Origin: Eledone cirrhosa
Taxonomy: Eukaryota
DNA: 64,000 bases
Assembly (NCBI GenBank): GCA_964016885.1
Contig: OZ024746.1
Span: forward strand, 92,194,001 to 92,258,000
Direction of reading: 5' to 3'
How positions within the stretch are numbered: the first letter of the stretch is position 1; the number at the start of each line of letters is the position of its first letter. The notes below the pieces were generated by a model. That model worked only from the letters and a program-made list of their open reading frames with translations. It did not search any database and was not told the DNA's origin. Shown piece by piece: positions 63,792 to 64,000 of this stretch. Both the position numbers and the translations under genes were made by a program.

Positions 63792-63981
63792 GGTGGTGGA
63801 TTGGCAGTATCGGTAGAGGGTCTGACACCATGCTTTGTAGCATAGAGTTACGGCCTTTTATGGTCTGAGTTCAAATCCCGCCGAGGTTAACTTTGCCTTT
63901 CATCCTTATGGGGTCGATAAAATAAAGTACCAGTAATACACTGAGATAATTGCTGGCCTTGTGCCAAAAGTAGAAACAATA
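63792..63981 (+). mobile_element. SINE family A
   Basis: Near-identical to 28521-28712; further diverged copies at about 48075, 55763, 58100 and 60806. Confidence 0.9.
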
Positions 63982-64000
63982 TTATACTTCAATAATGTAA

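Overview
Eukaryotic, AT-rich, repeat-dense animal DNA, most likely an octopod cephalopod; this is inferred from SINEs that resemble the octopus tRNA-derived families. The only host protein gene I can support is a kinesin-8 (KIF18A-like) on the minus strand. I traced 17 GT-AG exons by hand from 62798 to the stop at 24959. They are phase-consistent and total 2376 nt (791 codons plus stop); the N-terminal motor exons lie beyond the right edge. Everything else is decayed RTE LINEs, two tRNA-derived SINE families, Penelope-like element (PLE) fragments in (TA)n, a DD37D/maT transposon, mariner remnants, two Helitron-like elements, TTAA MITEs and about ten tandem arrays. The most notable unannotated signals are: two minimal type I hammerhead ribozyme motifs, one of them sense-oriented inside a kinesin intron about 145 nt before an exon; fold-back cassettes embedded in (TA)n; a ~105-copy 40-bp array built from p53-like decamers; a minisatellite born from a SINE A-box; and an inverted duplication centred on the maT element. 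All coordinates were read by eye and no database searches were run.
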